The notes beneath the pieces are model-generated. The model was not told the DNA's origin and ran no database searches. It was given only the letters and a program-made list of their open reading frames with translations. A stretch of 49,675 nucleotides of DNA, taken from positions 18,601,272-18,650,946 of the forward strand of contig NC_068991.1 of NCBI RefSeq assembly GCF_001194135.2. Direction: 5' to 3'. This document shows positions 1 through 11,934 of the stretch, in pieces. The position numbers and the translations under genes were made by a program. Each line of letters starts with the position of its first letter. Positions within the stretch are counted from its first letter, which is position 1. The stretch is from Octopus bimaculoides. Lineage: Eukaryota.

Positions 1-290
1 GAGTGGATTTGGTAGACGGAAACTGAAAGAAGCCCGTCGTATATATGTATATATATGTATGTGTGTGTATATGTTTGCGTTTCTGTGTTTGTCCCCCCAA
101 CATCGCTTGACAACCGATGCTGGTGTGTTTACGTCCCCGTAATTTAGCAGTTCAGCAAAAGAGACCGATAGAATAAGTACTAGGCTTCCAAAGAATAAGC
201 TCTGGGGTCGATTTGCTTGACTAAAGGTGGTGCTCCAGCATGGCCACAGTCAAATGACTGAAACAAGTAAAAGAGTAAAAGAGTAAAAGA
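1..290 (+). mobile_element. SINE family A, young copy, 5' head cut by window edge
   Basis: Core GAGTGGATTTGGTAGACGGAAACTGAAAGAAGCCCGTCG (Meta/MESC-like from memory), internal TA/TG microsatellite, 3' body and (AAAAGAGT)n tail; reverse complement of the copies at 2141 and 15003. Confidence 0.9.
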
Positions 291-348
291 GCTGCAACCA
301 ACACCACAAGGTATTTTTCTGGCGCCAGAATAATTCAGCCAAAAAAAA

Positions 349-452
349 TGGCTTCTGATTTAGGTAAAAGACCAGTGATTTTGAGGGGAGGGGGTTAGGT
401 GATACATCAACCCAAGGACTTGACTAGTACTTTATTTTAATGACCTTGAAAA
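349..452 (-). mobile_element. SINE family E (Nin-like) decayed 3' fragment
   Basis: Similar to 34714-34840 (TTTTGAGGGGAGGGGG...ACTAGTACTTTATTTT). Confidence 0.5.
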
Positions 453-799
453 AATTTCCATGGGAGGTAAATTTAAAAACTATAATAAAGCACAATTGAA
501 AAATATAGACTATATTTCAAAATAGTCTGTTATTATTTGGTGAATGGAGAACTGTAAAAGAGAGATTATATCAATCATAGGTAACTTTCATTGTCTGCCA
601 TCTGTCGTACATATGTCAATAATACTACAATGAAGTTTTGAAAATAGTCTAACTGAATATAAATGTCATGACAGTATATTTATGCTTTGTTAATAGAGAT
701 TTAGATAATATCTCTAAAATGCCTCACAGTTATTTCTTCATAAAAACACAAAGCTGTTCTCAGTGAGAACTGAAGTCGCTCAGCTCACTTCTTGTGAAG

Positions 800-925
800 G
801 ACGGCTTTGCCTGTCATCCTGTCAGGGTCAATAAAATAAAGTGCCAGTCAACTACTGAAGTTGAGGATACTGACTAACCATTTCCCACCAAAATTCTTGA
901 CCTTGTGCTTAAATTAAGGGCAATA
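800..925 (+). mobile_element. SINE family E decayed fragment
   Basis: GCTTTGCCTGTCATCCTGTCAGGGTCAATAAAATAAAGTGCCAG resembles the Nin-type central domain. Confidence 0.55.
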
Positions 926-1475
926 TGAGGTAGTGTATTAATAGAATAATCATTAGAGAAGCAGAGAAAATTCTTTGTGATATTTATTCTAGTGCTTTAT
1001 GTTTTGAGTTCAAATCCTTCTGAGGTCAACACAGCCATGCTTGTGCTCCTTTTCCCATCTGACATGGGTTCGATGGAGATGTATTTAAACCCAGTACTTT
1101 ATAACCAGATGCCAATCATACCTATCTTTCAAGTAAGGATATTTTTTTCAAGGGCCTTTGAAAGTACAGGCTATAGGTTGTATTGTTTACATGTTTACAG
1201 CTGATGTAATGTAAACAGGACATCGCTGTTTAGTTCAGTGTCTTGTGAAGATGCAGAATATTAATATTCATATACACACACGCACCTGAGGGGGCTTGCA
1301 CTCAGTTTCTGTTCTCCAATTTCTACTGAGAGGGCATTGGTCAACCTGAGGCTATGAAAGAAGACACTTGCCCAAGGTACCACACTGTGAGTGAATCCAT
1401 GTTTTCTCAGAATATTGGAAATGAATGACATTCATTTATTACAATCACACAATGTCAAGAGAAACACACACACAC

Positions 1476-1815
1476 ATGCGTGCACACACATACACACGTA
1501 CTTGAACACACACATACAAGTGCGTACACACACACACATAGACACAGACACACACATACACACAGACACACACACATGCAAATGCGTGCACACACATACA
1601 CACGTACTTGTATACATACATACAAGTGCGTACACGCACACATGTGGATACAGATACACACACATACACACACACATACACACAGACACACACACACACT
1701 CATGCGTGCACACACATACACACGTACTTGAATACACACATACAAGTGCGTACACACACAAATACACATGGACACAGACACACACACATGGACATGGACA
1801 CACACACACACACAA
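1476..1815. repeat. Higher-order CA-derived minisatellite, 3 units of about 106-120 bp
   Basis: ATGCGTGCACACACATACACACGTACTTG recurs at 1476, 1582 and 1702. Confidence 0.85.
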
Positions 1816-1869
1816 CAGGGTTGTTTCAGTTTTATCTTCAGTTCTACATACATCAAATGTAAATAATGT

Positions 1870-2010
1870 AGGGTTGTTTCAGTTTCTGCCTCTGAAATCT
1901 ACCCACAAGGTACTGATTGATCTGGATCTATAGTAGAAGACATTGGCCAAAGGTGCCATGCAGTGGAATTGAACACAAAACCATGTGGTTGTGAAGTAAA
2001 CTTTTTTTAA
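1870..2010 (-). mobile_element. SINE family A decayed 5' half (another fragment at about 1290-1395)
   Basis: CTATAGTAGAAGACATTGGCCAAAGGTGCCATGCAGTGG matches the family A head reverse complement. Confidence 0.7.
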
Positions 2011-2140
2011 CTGCATAAGGAATGTTTGAAAGAAATGTTGTCAATCCTACTGCTGCTATACAGGGTGTCCCAGAATTAATTATCTACGTCAATGAAATTA
2101 GGCAAATATATAAAAAAATTAAAAGAATTTTATGTTTATT

Positions 2141-2550
2141 ACTCTCTTTACTCTCTTTTACTCTTTTATTTGTTTCAGTCATTTGACTGCGGCCATGCTG
2201 GAGCACCACCTTTAGTCGAGCAAATCGACCCCGGGACTTATTCTTTGTAAGCCTAGTACTTATTCTATCGGTCTCTTTTGCCGAACCGCTAAGTGACGGG
2301 GACATAAACACACCAGCATCAGTTGTCAAGCAATGCTAGGGGGACAAACACAAACACACACACATATATATATATACATTTATACGATGGGCTTCTTTCA
2401 GTTTCCACCTATCAAATCCACTCACAAGGCTTTGGTCGGCCCGAGGCTATAGTAGAAGACACTTGCCCAAGGTGCCATGCAATGGGACTGAACCCGGAAC
2501 CATGTGGTTGGTAAGCAAGCTACTTACCACACAGCCACTCCTGCGCCTAT
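2141..2550 (-). mobile_element. SINE family A, full-length young copy, nested in the Tc1/mariner element
   Basis: Minus-strand head ATAGGCGCAGGAGTGGCTGTGTGG (A box) ... GGTTCAGTCCC (B box), core, microsatellite, (AAAAGAGT)n tail. Confidence 0.92.
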
Positions 2551-2915
2551 ACTTAATTATGATACCAAAACAAATAGATTTATAAACCTTATATCAAAAA
2601 TTAATTGAAAATTTTCAACATGTGTTCCATCTGTGTCCCTACAAATTTCAAATCTATCAATAGCATTCCAAAACACATTTTGAAGCATTTCAGGAATTAT
2701 CTCTGGCACTGCTAACTGAATGCATTTTTAAGTTCAGCTAAATTAATGCTCCATCCTGGAGATGAAGGTAGAGTAAAAAATGATTGCAGCCAAATCGGAA
2801 AAAGTTATCATGGACAGATAAGCAGGATTCAACAGGAATGAAAATAAAATTATTTAAAAAAATTATTAAAATTATAAAATCATAAACAAACTAAAAAATG
2901 TATTCACTTTTAATA

Positions 2916-3021
2916 CATCATCATCGTCATCATCATCATCGTTTAACGTCCGCTTTCCATGCTAGCATGGGTTGGACGATTTGACTGAGGACTGGTGAAA
3001 CCGGATGGCAACATCAGGCTC
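2916..3021 (-). mobile_element. Family C (RTE/Ceph-like) 3' tail fragment
   Basis: (TCA)n GTTTAACGTCCGCTTTCCATGCTAGCATGGGTTGGACG is the reverse complement of the tail at 41980-42040. Confidence 0.85.
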
Positions 3022-4035
3022 ATATTAAACATAATAAACTCAAATAAAAGTACGTTTTTAAAAAAATTGTCTTGATTTCACAGAGATAGATGGTTAATTT
3101 TGAGACATCCTGTATATTGTAGTTTTTCTCAGCCTGCTACTGTGTTGGCTACAAGTTTGGTTGTATGGAACATTTAGTTGTGGTCGGGTTATCTATAAAC
3201 CTGTTTGTCTTACATATGACACACAGGACACACACAAACACTTAGAATAACTTACATGCAAGCAGAATAATTTACACACACAAACACTTAAAATAACAGA
3301 ATCTACAGATATCTTACAACAAAGGTGTAATAAGCACTTATATATAATTATACCATAAAACAAATAAAAACAATATAATACACATACATACATTTATATA
3401 TATATATATTTGAAAATAAGTCTTATTAAGTAGCTATTCAGATGCAAATGAAACTAAAAATAAGAGCTAATAATGTCACAGGTATATATATGTGCGTGGG
3501 TCTGCATGTGTGTATGTATACATCTGTGTGTTGTTTGTCTGAATGCGTACATATGCATGTGCATATATATATATGAGTCTGTGTCTGCCTCAATGATAAA
3601 AGGACATGAAGCAATGTAAAAAAAAAAAAGAACAACATCTCTGTACAAAAGGCAAATTGTTTGAATCTTATAGTGAGAACCAGGTCGTAAGCATTTACAA
3701 GTTCCCAAGGACATCCTTTACAAAAGCTCACTCCTCTGTCATTGAATCATGAACCTACAATGAACAGTGAAGGAATGAGGACAGAGCCTTGCTGAAAATC
3801 AACCTACATGCTAAATTGTATGCAAACTTGTTGCCAATCCTAAACCCTGCTCATACTAGTCATATGCATGAATGAAACAGTTCTTTGAAGCCATTTCTCT
3901 GACCAAATTTTTCAAGTCTCTTTTCATTGTTGTTACAGAATAACAGACCGAATTACAAACAATTTTGTTCAGGTTAACAAATGCACAATAGAAATGTTTG
4001 TGCTTAGCTTGGAATTTCAGGTAGCTTTCTTAATA

Positions 4036-4582
4036 TGCAGATATGGCTGTGTGAATAAGGGGGTTGGCATTACAACCACGTTTTCAAGTTCAGTTCTATG
4101 GCGCCCCACTTTGAGTAAGTTGTCTTCTGTGAGTGGCTACCCCAGGCTGATTAATGTCTAATGAGTAAATTTGGTTGAGGGAAACTTCAAAACCTGTTGT
4201 CACAGTTGTGGCTGTGTGGTAAGAAGTTTGCTTCCCAACCAAGTGGTGTCAGGTTCAGTTACACTGCAAGGCACATTGAGAAAGCGTCTTCTATATCTCA
4301 AGCCAACCAAAGCCTTGTGAATGGATTTGGTCGATGGAAACTGTGTGTGTGTATGTATATATATATATGTGTGTGTGTGTGTGTTTGTCCCTCACTGCTT
4401 GATGACCGGTGCTGGTTTGTTTGCATCCTTGTAACTTAGTGGTTCAGTAAAAGGGACCCACAGAATAAGTACCAGACTTCAAAAATCAAGTACTGGGGTT
4501 GATTTGTTCAACTAAACCTTTCAAGAAAGTGCCCCAACTTGTCCTTGGTCCAATGACCGAAACAATTAAACGATAAAAGATA
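4036..4582 (+). mobile_element. Two tandem older family A copies (head fragment about 4036-4196; near-full copy about 4205-4582)
   Basis: TGGCTGTGTGGTAAGAAGTTTGCTTCCCAACC head, GCCTTGTGAATGGATTTGG core, tail ...CCAATGACCGAAACAA. Confidence 0.75.
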
Positions 4583-4724
4583 GGGCAACCACTGGGATGA
4601 TTTTTGTCTCCTTCTGATATCTATTCTGTTTTTAAAAAGAACATATCCATAAGAGATGTTAACTCTGGATGAAAACTACAGTAAATCTGCCTTGCACTGA
4701 TGTATTTACATTAATTGATATATA

Positions 4725-4763
4725 TCATCATCATTGGCATCGTTGTCGTCGTCATCGTCATCG

Positions 4764-4800
<37 letters not shown>

Positions 4801-4915
4801 TTAACATCCATTTTGCATGTGGGCATGGGTTAGACATTTTTCACCAGGTTTCAGTCTGATTTGGCAAGGCTTCTACTGCCGGATGCCTTTCCTAACACCA
4901 ACCATTCCAAGAGTT
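4725..4915 (-). mobile_element. Family C fragment with long (CAT)n tail
   Basis: (CAT)n + TTTAACATCC...GGATGCCTTTCCTAACACCAACCA. Confidence 0.75.
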
Positions 4916-4984
4916 TCAAATTTTTGGCCCAAGGTAAGCAATTTCAAAGGAGTGGGTAAGTTGATTATATTGATCCCTGTGCTC

Positions 4985-5123
4985 AAATGGTATTATTTAT
5001 TTTATTGACTCCAGAAGGATGATAGGCGAAGTGGACTCAGCGGGATTTGAACTCAGAATGTAAAGACGAAATGCTACTAAGCATTTTGCCCAGTGCGGTA
5101 ATAATTTTGCCAGCTTGCTGCCT
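4985..5123 (-). mobile_element. SINE family E 5' half (tRNA-like head)
   Basis: GGATTTGAACTCAGAATG (B-box reverse complement) ... TTTTGCCAGCTTGCTGCC. Confidence 0.7.
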
Positions 5124-5269
5124 TTACATTACTTATGATATATTGATGATTATTTTAATTTATTATTACTTCTCTCCCCACCTGAGCCAATCATGTTTTT
5201 CCCTCTAATGCAAGACTCCTTTTTCTGTCCCTCAGTGCTAGTCCCCCACATAGTTGAGTGGGGGTCTTG

Positions 5270-5461
5270 CCTTGTAAGTTACTTGGTGATCTCATTAGTG
5301 CTGGTGCCACATAAAAAGCACCCAGGATGCACTGTAAAGAAGTTGGCATCAAACTATAGAAACCGTACTAAAGCAAGGCTTGGTGCTGTCTTCTGACTTG
5401 CCAATTACCGTCAAACCATCCAACCCATGCCAGCATGGAAAAACAAACGTTAAAGTATGAT
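5270..5461 (+). mobile_element. Family C older copy
   Basis: GCTGGTGCCACATAAAAAGCACCC ... CCAACCCATGCCAGCATGGAAAA...CGTTAAA. Confidence 0.75.
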
Positions 5462-5580
5462 CACCTGTTGTTTATGATAGATCATCATCATTCATCCTAA
5501 TGGTTATTCACTATATCAGTGAATGTTTTCTTACATACTAGAGGTGACAAATCTCATTTAAGCAAGTGACTGGGTGCAAG

Positions 5581-6200
5581 TATTGTTGGCACTCCGCCGC
5601 TTACGACGTCGAGGGTTCCAGTTGATCCAATCAAAGGAACAGCCTGCTCGTGAAATTAACGTGCAAGTGGCTGAGCACTCCACAGACTAATGTACCCTAA
5701 TGTAACCACCATCCCCTGCCAGAGCCTCGTGGAGCTTTAGGTGTTTTTGCTTGGCCCAGGGTATATTACGACACTTGCCTAAGGTGCCACACGGTGTGAT
5801 TGAACTTGAAACAACCTGTGGTTGGGAAGCAAATTTCTTAACCAAACAGCCATGTGAGCACTTGATATATATATGTTTATATATACATACATACATCCAA
5901 TCAACGGAACAGCCTGCTCGTGAAATTAACGTGCAAGTGGCTGAGCACTCCACAGACTAATGTACCCTTAACGTAGTTCTTGGGGATATTCAGCGTGACA
6001 CAGTGTGACGGGAAGAAAGAGTGAGAGAAAGTTGTGGTGAAAGAGTACAGCAGGGTTTGCCACCATCCCCTGCCGGAGCCTCGTGGAGCTTTAGGTATTT
6101 TTGCTCAATAAACACTAACAACGCCTGGTCTGGAAATCGAAACCGCGATCCTATGACCGCGAGTCCGCTGCTCTAACCACTGGGCCATAGCGACTCCACA
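5581..6200 (-). mobile_element. SINE family B (tRNA-Arg-like head, OR1-like), internally rearranged
   Basis: Matches 21953-22337; minus-strand head GTGGAGTCGCTATGGCCCAGTGGTTAGAGCAGCGGACTCGCGG...GTTTCGATTTCC; contains duplicated blocks (see findings). Confidence 0.85.
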
Positions 6201-6589
6201 GGTGCAAGTATATACCATCGATAAACCCCATTGAAAGTGAAATTCATTTGGCATTCTTATTAACTGATGCTGGAATAATTTTCTTCTTCTGGTATATATA
6301 TATATATATATTGAGCTTTTAAATACAGCACATCCATAAGGTAGATGAATATTGCAGTAAATTTGCCTTCCAATGATGAGTGTACAATATGTTACATAGA
6401 TCATTGTAACAATATCCGTTAGGCAGCTAGCTGATTATGGGGTGACCAGACATGTCTTTGTGGAATACTGGACATGAATAGCACTGCTGGTATGACAATG
6501 ACACACATAAGTACCAAGTTATGTCAAAACAAGGACACAGGCATGTGTGCACTCACACACATATACACACATGCACGCACACACATGTG

Positions 6590-6750
6590 TAGACAAAGGT
6601 CTTCTTTCAGTTTCCATCTATCAAATCCACTCATGATGCACTGCTTGGCCCAGGGTATATTAAGACACTTGCCCAAGGTGCCACACGGTGTGATTGAACT
6701 TGAAACAACCTGTGGTTGGGAAGCAAATTTCTTAACCAAACAGCCATGTG
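6590..6750 (-). mobile_element. SINE family A 5' half
   Basis: CTTCTTTCAGTTTCCATCTATCAAATCCACTC...GACACTTGCCCAAGGTGCC. Confidence 0.8.
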
Positions 6751-6760
6751 AGCACTTGAT

Positions 6761-6819
<59 letters not shown>

Positions 6820-6857
6820 CACACACACATACATACATGCATGCATACATACATACA

Positions 6858-7604
6858 NNNNNNNNNNNNNNNNNNNNNNNNNNNNNNNNNNNNNNNNNNN
6901 NNNNNNNNNNNNNNNNNNNNNNNNNNNNNNNNNNNNNNNNNNNNNNNNNNNNNNNNNNNNNNNNNNNNNNNNNNNNNNNNNNNNNNNNNNNNNNNNNNNN
7001 NNNNNNNNNNNNNNNNNNNNNNNNNNNNNNNNNNNNNNNNNNNNNNNNNNNNNNNNNNNNNNNNNNNNNNNNNNNNNNNNNNNNNNNNNNNNNNNNNNNN
7101 NNNNNNNNNNNNNNNNNNNNNNNNNNNNNNNNNNNNNNNNNNNNNNNNNNNNNNNNNNNNNNNNNNNNNNNNNNNNNNNNNNNNNNNNNNNNNNNNNNNN
7201 NNNNNNNNNNNNNNNNNNNNNNNNNNNNNNNNNNNNNNNNNNNNNNNNNNNNNNNNNNNNNNNNNNNNNNNNNNNNNNNNNNNNNNNNNNNNNNNNNNNN
7301 NNNNNNNNNNNNNNNNNNNNNNNNNNNNNNNNNNNNNNNNNNNNNNNNNNNNNNNNNNNNNNNNNNNNNNNNNNNNNNNNNNNNNNNNNNNNNNNNNNNN
7401 NNNNNNNNNNNNNNNNNNNNNNNNNNNNNNNNNNNNNNNNNNNNNNNNNNNNNNNNNNNNNNNNNNNNNNNNNNNNNNNNNNNNNNNNNNNNNNNNNNNN
7501 NNNNNNNNNNNNNNNNNNNNNNNNNNNNNNNNNNNNNNNNNNNNNNNNNNNNNNNNNNNNNNNNNNNNNNNNNNNNNNNNNNNNNNNNNNNNNNNNNNNN
7601 NNNN
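6858..7604. other. Assembly gap (N run)
   Basis: N bases flanked by TA/TACA and ACC microsatellites. Confidence 1.
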
Positions 7605-7780
7605 TGCCACCACTTCCACCACCACCATCACCACCACCACAACCACCACCACCACCACCAAATCCACCACCACCACCACCACCACCACAACCCCTACCAC
7701 TGACACAGCCACAGTTACCAATATTACCTGGTACCGTCACCTAATCTTTGTTGTCGTCGTTGTGGTTGTGGTTGTGGTTA
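7605..7780. repeat. (ACC)n and (GTT/GTG)n trinucleotide microsatellites
   Basis: Direct reading. Confidence 0.9.
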
Positions 7781-7873
7781 TCGTTACATCAAAGAAATGG
7801 AATGTAGATAACTCAAGGTGGTGGGAGATTTTGACATTTTATTACAGGACTTCTCTTTAAACTGTACATTCTT

Positions 7874-7906
<33 letters not shown>

Positions 7907-8059
7907 ACACACGGAGTACAGTTGTATTACTGTACGACTGTCTCTACACAAATATCTTTCTTCTCTCCCAAAAGTGGCCATTTACAGGCTGGTAAATAAC
8001 ACTTTGGGTCTTTATTTTCCATCTTTATATATTTATTTCTTTTTTTGGTAGCTGCATAT

Positions 8060-8196
8060 GTCTAAGTCTATCTATCTATCTATCTATCTACCTATCTATC
8101 TATCTATCTATCTATCTATCTGTCTGTCTATCTATCTATTTACATACCTACCTACCTACCTACCTACCTACCTGCCTGCCTATCTTCCTGCCTACT

Positions 8197-8236
<40 letters not shown>

Positions 8237-8250
8237 AACTTATCTATGTC
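8060..8250. repeat. Compound (TCTA)n/(ACCT)n/(TC)n microsatellite
   Basis: Direct reading. Confidence 0.9.
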
Positions 8251-8449
8251 TGTCTGTCTTTGTATTTCTTTTTCTTATCTAGCTCTTTCTCTCCCAATCT
8301 CCCTTCACTTTCAGTCAGTCACCTCCCCCTTGTATTTGACAAACTAACTACCTTGTTATGCAAAGGCATTCATCCGGTCATATGTATGTATACATATGTG
8401 CATATAAATTTGCATACGCATGTGTGTATATGCATATATATAAATATAC

Positions 8450-8515
<66 letters not shown>

Positions 8516-9012
8516 NNNNNNNNNNNNNNNNNNNNNNNNNNNNNNNNNNNNNNNNNNNNNNNNNNNNNNNNNNNNNNNNNNNNNNNNNNNNNNNNNNNNN
8601 NNNNNNNNNNNNNNNNNNNNNNNNNNNNNNNNNNNNNNNNNNNNNNNNNNNNNNNNNNNNNNNNNNNNNNNNNNNNNNNNNNNNNNNNNNNNNNNNNNNN
8701 NNNNNNNNNNNNNNNNNNNNNNNNNNNNNNNNNNNNNNNNNNNNNNNNNNNNNNNNNNNNNNNNNNNNNNNNNNNNNNNNNNNNNNNNNNNNNNNNNNNN
8801 NNNNNNNNNNNNNNNNNNNNNNNNNNNNNNNNNNNNNNNNNNNNNNNNNNNNNNNNNNNNNNNNNNNNNNNNNNNNNNNNNNNNNNNNNNNNNNNNNNNN
8901 NNNNNNNNNNNNNNNNNNNNNNNNNNNNNNNNNNNNNNNNNNNNNNNNNNNNNNNNNNNNNNNNNNNNNNNNNNNNNNNNNNNNNNNNNNNNNNNNNNNN
9001 NNNNNNNNNNNN
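8516..9012. other. Assembly gap (N run)
   Basis: N bases after (TA)n(CA)n. Confidence 1.
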
Positions 9013-9399
9013 ATTGTTAAAGAGGACAGCAAACGTTAAGGCAAGGCAAACATCTCAAGTCATATACATTATTATTGGAAAAAAATTCAAAGTCTTTCAG
9101 CAGTTTCTAGAACATCCCAGAGTATGAGATATTCTGTCATCAGAGACAAATAGGGAAAATAAAAAGGGTATAGATTAATGAAATGATGACATAGAGAACA
9201 GGAGTAAAGGAATAAAGAGATGAAGAAAGAGAAAAATAAAGAAGCATAAAAGTTCACAGTTCCACTTTCCAATCTTGTAGAAATAAGTCCATAAGTCCTT
9301 AGGTGCAATCCTGCCTAAATCCATGTGGGTTAAAGTCCTGATATTGTGAACATCCAGAGCTACTGATAGTGTCATGCTATTATAATATTTTCTTTTACT

Positions 9400-9760
9400 T
9401 CTTTTGGTCATTAGACAGTGGACATGCTGGGATGCCACCTTGAAGAATTTTTAGTTGAATGAAATAACCCCAGAGTTTAATTTTTTTTTAAAGCCTGATA
9501 CTTATTTCATCAGCCTCTTTTGCTGAACTGCTAAGTTGATGGAGGTGGGGCATAAACAAATCAACAGTGGGTGTCAAATGGTGGTGGGGGACAAACACAC
9601 ACACACGATGAGCTTCTTTCAGTTTCTGTCTACCAAATCCACTCACAAGGCTTTGGTTGGCCCAGAGCTTTAGAAGAAGACACTTGCCCAAGGTGCCATG
9701 CAGTGGGACTGAACCTGGAACCATGTGGTTGGTAAGCAAGCTACTTACCACACAGCCACT

Positions 9761-9765
<5 letters not shown>
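9400..9765 (-). mobile_element. SINE family A, older near-full copy
   Basis: Tail, body, core and head recognisable, ending CAGCCACTCCTAT. Confidence 0.8.
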
Positions 9766-9798
<33 letters not shown>

Positions 9799-9862
9799 GT
9801 TCTGGCCACACCCAATGCATGCACTTATATACCTAGATACATATCTTTCTTTCATATACATA

Positions 9863-10292
9863 TGTAGGTGTGGCAGTGTGGTAAGAAGCTTGCTTCCCAA
9901 CCTCATGGTTCCAGGTTCAGTCTCACAGTGTGGCACCTTGGACAGTGTCTTCTAGTATGACCTTGCGCTGACCAAAGCGTTGTGAATGGATTTGGTAGAT
10001 GGAAAATGAAAGTCCGTTGTATATATGTGTATGTGTGTGTGTGAGTGTGTGTGTGTGTGTGTTTGTATATGTATGTGTATGTGTGTGTTTGTATATGTGT
10101 GTGTGTGAGTATGCATGTATCTTTGCATCTGTGTTTCTCCCCCATCATCACTTGTCAAGTGATGTTTGTGTGTTTACATCCCCTGTAACGTACCAGTTCA
10201 ACAAAAGAGACCAATAGGATAAGTACCAGGTGGTGCTACAGCATGGCCACAATCTACTGACTGGAAACATGTAAGATGAAAGATAAAAGGAT
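9863..10292 (+). mobile_element. SINE family A, older near-full copy
   Basis: GTGGCAGTGTGGTAAGAAGCTTGCTTCCCAACC...GGTTCAGTC head, core, TG microsatellite, tail CAGCATGGCCACAATC. Confidence 0.8.
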
Positions 10293-10336
10293 ATATAATG
10301 TAATAACTCACACAGACACACACACACACGCACACG

Positions 10337-10373
<37 letters not shown>

Positions 10374-11051
10374 NNNNNNNNNNNNNNNNNNNNNNNNNNN
10401 NNNNNNNNNNNNNNNNNNNNNNNNNNNNNNNNNNNNNNNNNNNNNNNNNNNNNNNNNNNNNNNNNNNNNNNNNNNNNNNNNNNNNNNNNNNNNNNNNNNN
10501 NNNNNNNNNNNNNNNNNNNNNNNNNNNNNNNNNNNNNNNNNNNNNNNNNNNNNNNNNNNNNNNNNNNNNNNNNNNNNNNNNNNNNNNNNNNNNNNNNNNN
10601 NNNNNNNNNNNNNNNNNNNNNNNNNNNNNNNNNNNNNNNNNNNNNNNNNNNNNNNNNNNNNNNNNNNNNNNNNNNNNNNNNNNNNNNNNNNNNNNNNNNN
10701 NNNNNNNNNNNNNNNNNNNNNNNNNNNNNNNNNNNNNNNNNNNNNNNNNNNNNNNNNNNNNNNNNNNNNNNNNNNNNNNNNNNNNNNNNNNNNNNNNNNN
10801 NNNNNNNNNNNNNNNNNNNNNNNNNNNNNNNNNNNNNNNNNNNNNNNNNNNNNNNNNNNNNNNNNNNNNNNNNNNNNNNNNNNNNNNNNNNNNNNNNNNN
10901 NNNNNNNNNNNNNNNNNNNNNNNNNNNNNNNNNNNNNNNNNNNNNNNNNNNNNNNNNNNNNNNNNNNNNNNNNNNNNNNNNNNNNNNNNNNNNNNNNNNN
11001 NNNNNNNNNNNNNNNNNNNNNNNNNNNNNNNNNNNNNNNNNNNNNNNNNNN
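10374..11051. other. Assembly gap (N run)
   Basis: N bases after (CA)n. Confidence 1.
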
Positions 11052-11064
11052 NTTTACATCTTTG

Positions 11065-11165
11065 TTTGTCTGCCTACCACCACTTGACAACCAGTGCTGG
11101 TGTGTTTATATCTCAATAACTTAGCTGTTTGGCAAAAGAGACTGCTAAGTACCAGGCTTTACAAA

Positions 11166-11209
<44 letters not shown>

Positions 11210-11310
11210 GTATTGGGATTGATTTGTTCAACTAAAATTCTTCCAGGCAGTGTCCCAGCATGGCCACAGTCTAATGAATGAATCATGTAAAAGATAAGAC
11301 AAAAGATAAC
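11065..11310 (+). mobile_element. SINE family A 3' half with an (AAT)n expansion
   Basis: CACTTGACAACCAGTGCTGGTGTGTTT...CCAGCATGGCCACAGTC. Confidence 0.75.
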
Positions 11311-11464
11311 TAAATCAGCATAGGTATACTTGATATGGGAGAGAGCCTGTTTGGTTATTTGATCTGCTAGAAATCACAGCGAACTCTCTTAAAATAAATA
11401 GGTTATTACATGTTATTCTTCCAAAACTTCATACAAGCTCACTTCCAATCTAAATGAAAAACGT

Positions 11465-11600
11465 TTCTGGCCAGGATAAATATTCCCTTGCTCGGAAACA
11501 GGTGAGGGTTGGCCCCAGGAAAGGCATGTAGCTAGCCCTAAAAATCTGTCTGACCCATGCAAACATGGAAAAGTGGACAGGAGTGTGACTGCTGCTGCTA
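11465..11600 (+). mobile_element. Family F (RTE/Ceph-like) 3' fragment
   Basis: CTTGCTCGGAAACAGGTGAGGGTTGG...GACCCATGCAAACATGGAAAAGTGGAC. Confidence 0.7.
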
Positions 11601-11791
11601 CTACATAACTCTAGTGGACTTGAATGGGTTAACAGAACCTGCATGACTGGACATTTCCCAAACTGTTTTTCTTCTGAAGGTGGGCCTTTGCACCCGAAAT
11701 ATAAAGGTTTTATAAAACTTTCCACATTATCAGAAGCTTTCTATTTTCTCTCTTTTTACCTTCTTCAATGATGATAATAATAGTTATGAAA

Positions 11792-11931
11792 AGGCGTAGC
11801 TGCGTGGTTAAGAAGATTGCTTCCTAATCAGGTGGTCTTAGGTTCAGTCCTAATGTGCATCACTTTGGTCGAGTGTCTTCTCAACAGCCCAGGTTGACCA
11901 AAGCCTTTTGAGTGGACCTTGTAAAGTGAAA
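11792..11931 (+). mobile_element. SINE family A decayed head and core
   Basis: GCTGCGTGGTTAAGAAG...GGTTCAGTCC...GACCAAAGCCTTTTGAGTGG. Confidence 0.65.
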
Positions 11932-11934
11932 CAA

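Larger units (their letters stand above)
2061..3112 (-). mobile_element. Internally deleted Tc1/mariner element with a transposase C-terminal remnant, hosting two later insertions
   Basis: TA|CAGGGTGTCCCAGAATTAA ... TTAATTTTGAGACATCCTG|TA (TIRs plus TA TSD); minus strand about 2612-2715 reads IIPEMLQNVFWNAIDRFEICRDTDGTHVE, like a Tc1/mariner C-terminus. Confidence 0.8.

Noticed and set aside
1391-1933. His/Thr- or Cys/Val-rich ORFs here and throughout (e.g. 15782, 39178, 44210, 45374)
   Set aside because: Translations of (CA)n/(TG)n/(TACA)n microsatellites, open in several frames on both strands
2440-2550. tRNA genes (A/B boxes at SINE heads, also 16270, 22270, 26393)
   Set aside because: The boxes are followed by SINE bodies and no complete cloverleaf is evident; these are tRNA-derived SINE heads
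3680-3910. Faint LINE RT-like words (SQGHPL, LKINLHA, FEAIS..FFKS)
   Set aside because: Needs several frameshifts and has no intact catalytic motif; not supportable without a profile search
7605-7744. Proline-rich or Gly-rich peptide (extensin/formin-like)
   Set aside because: (ACC)n microsatellite next to a gap; no flanking domain or splice support
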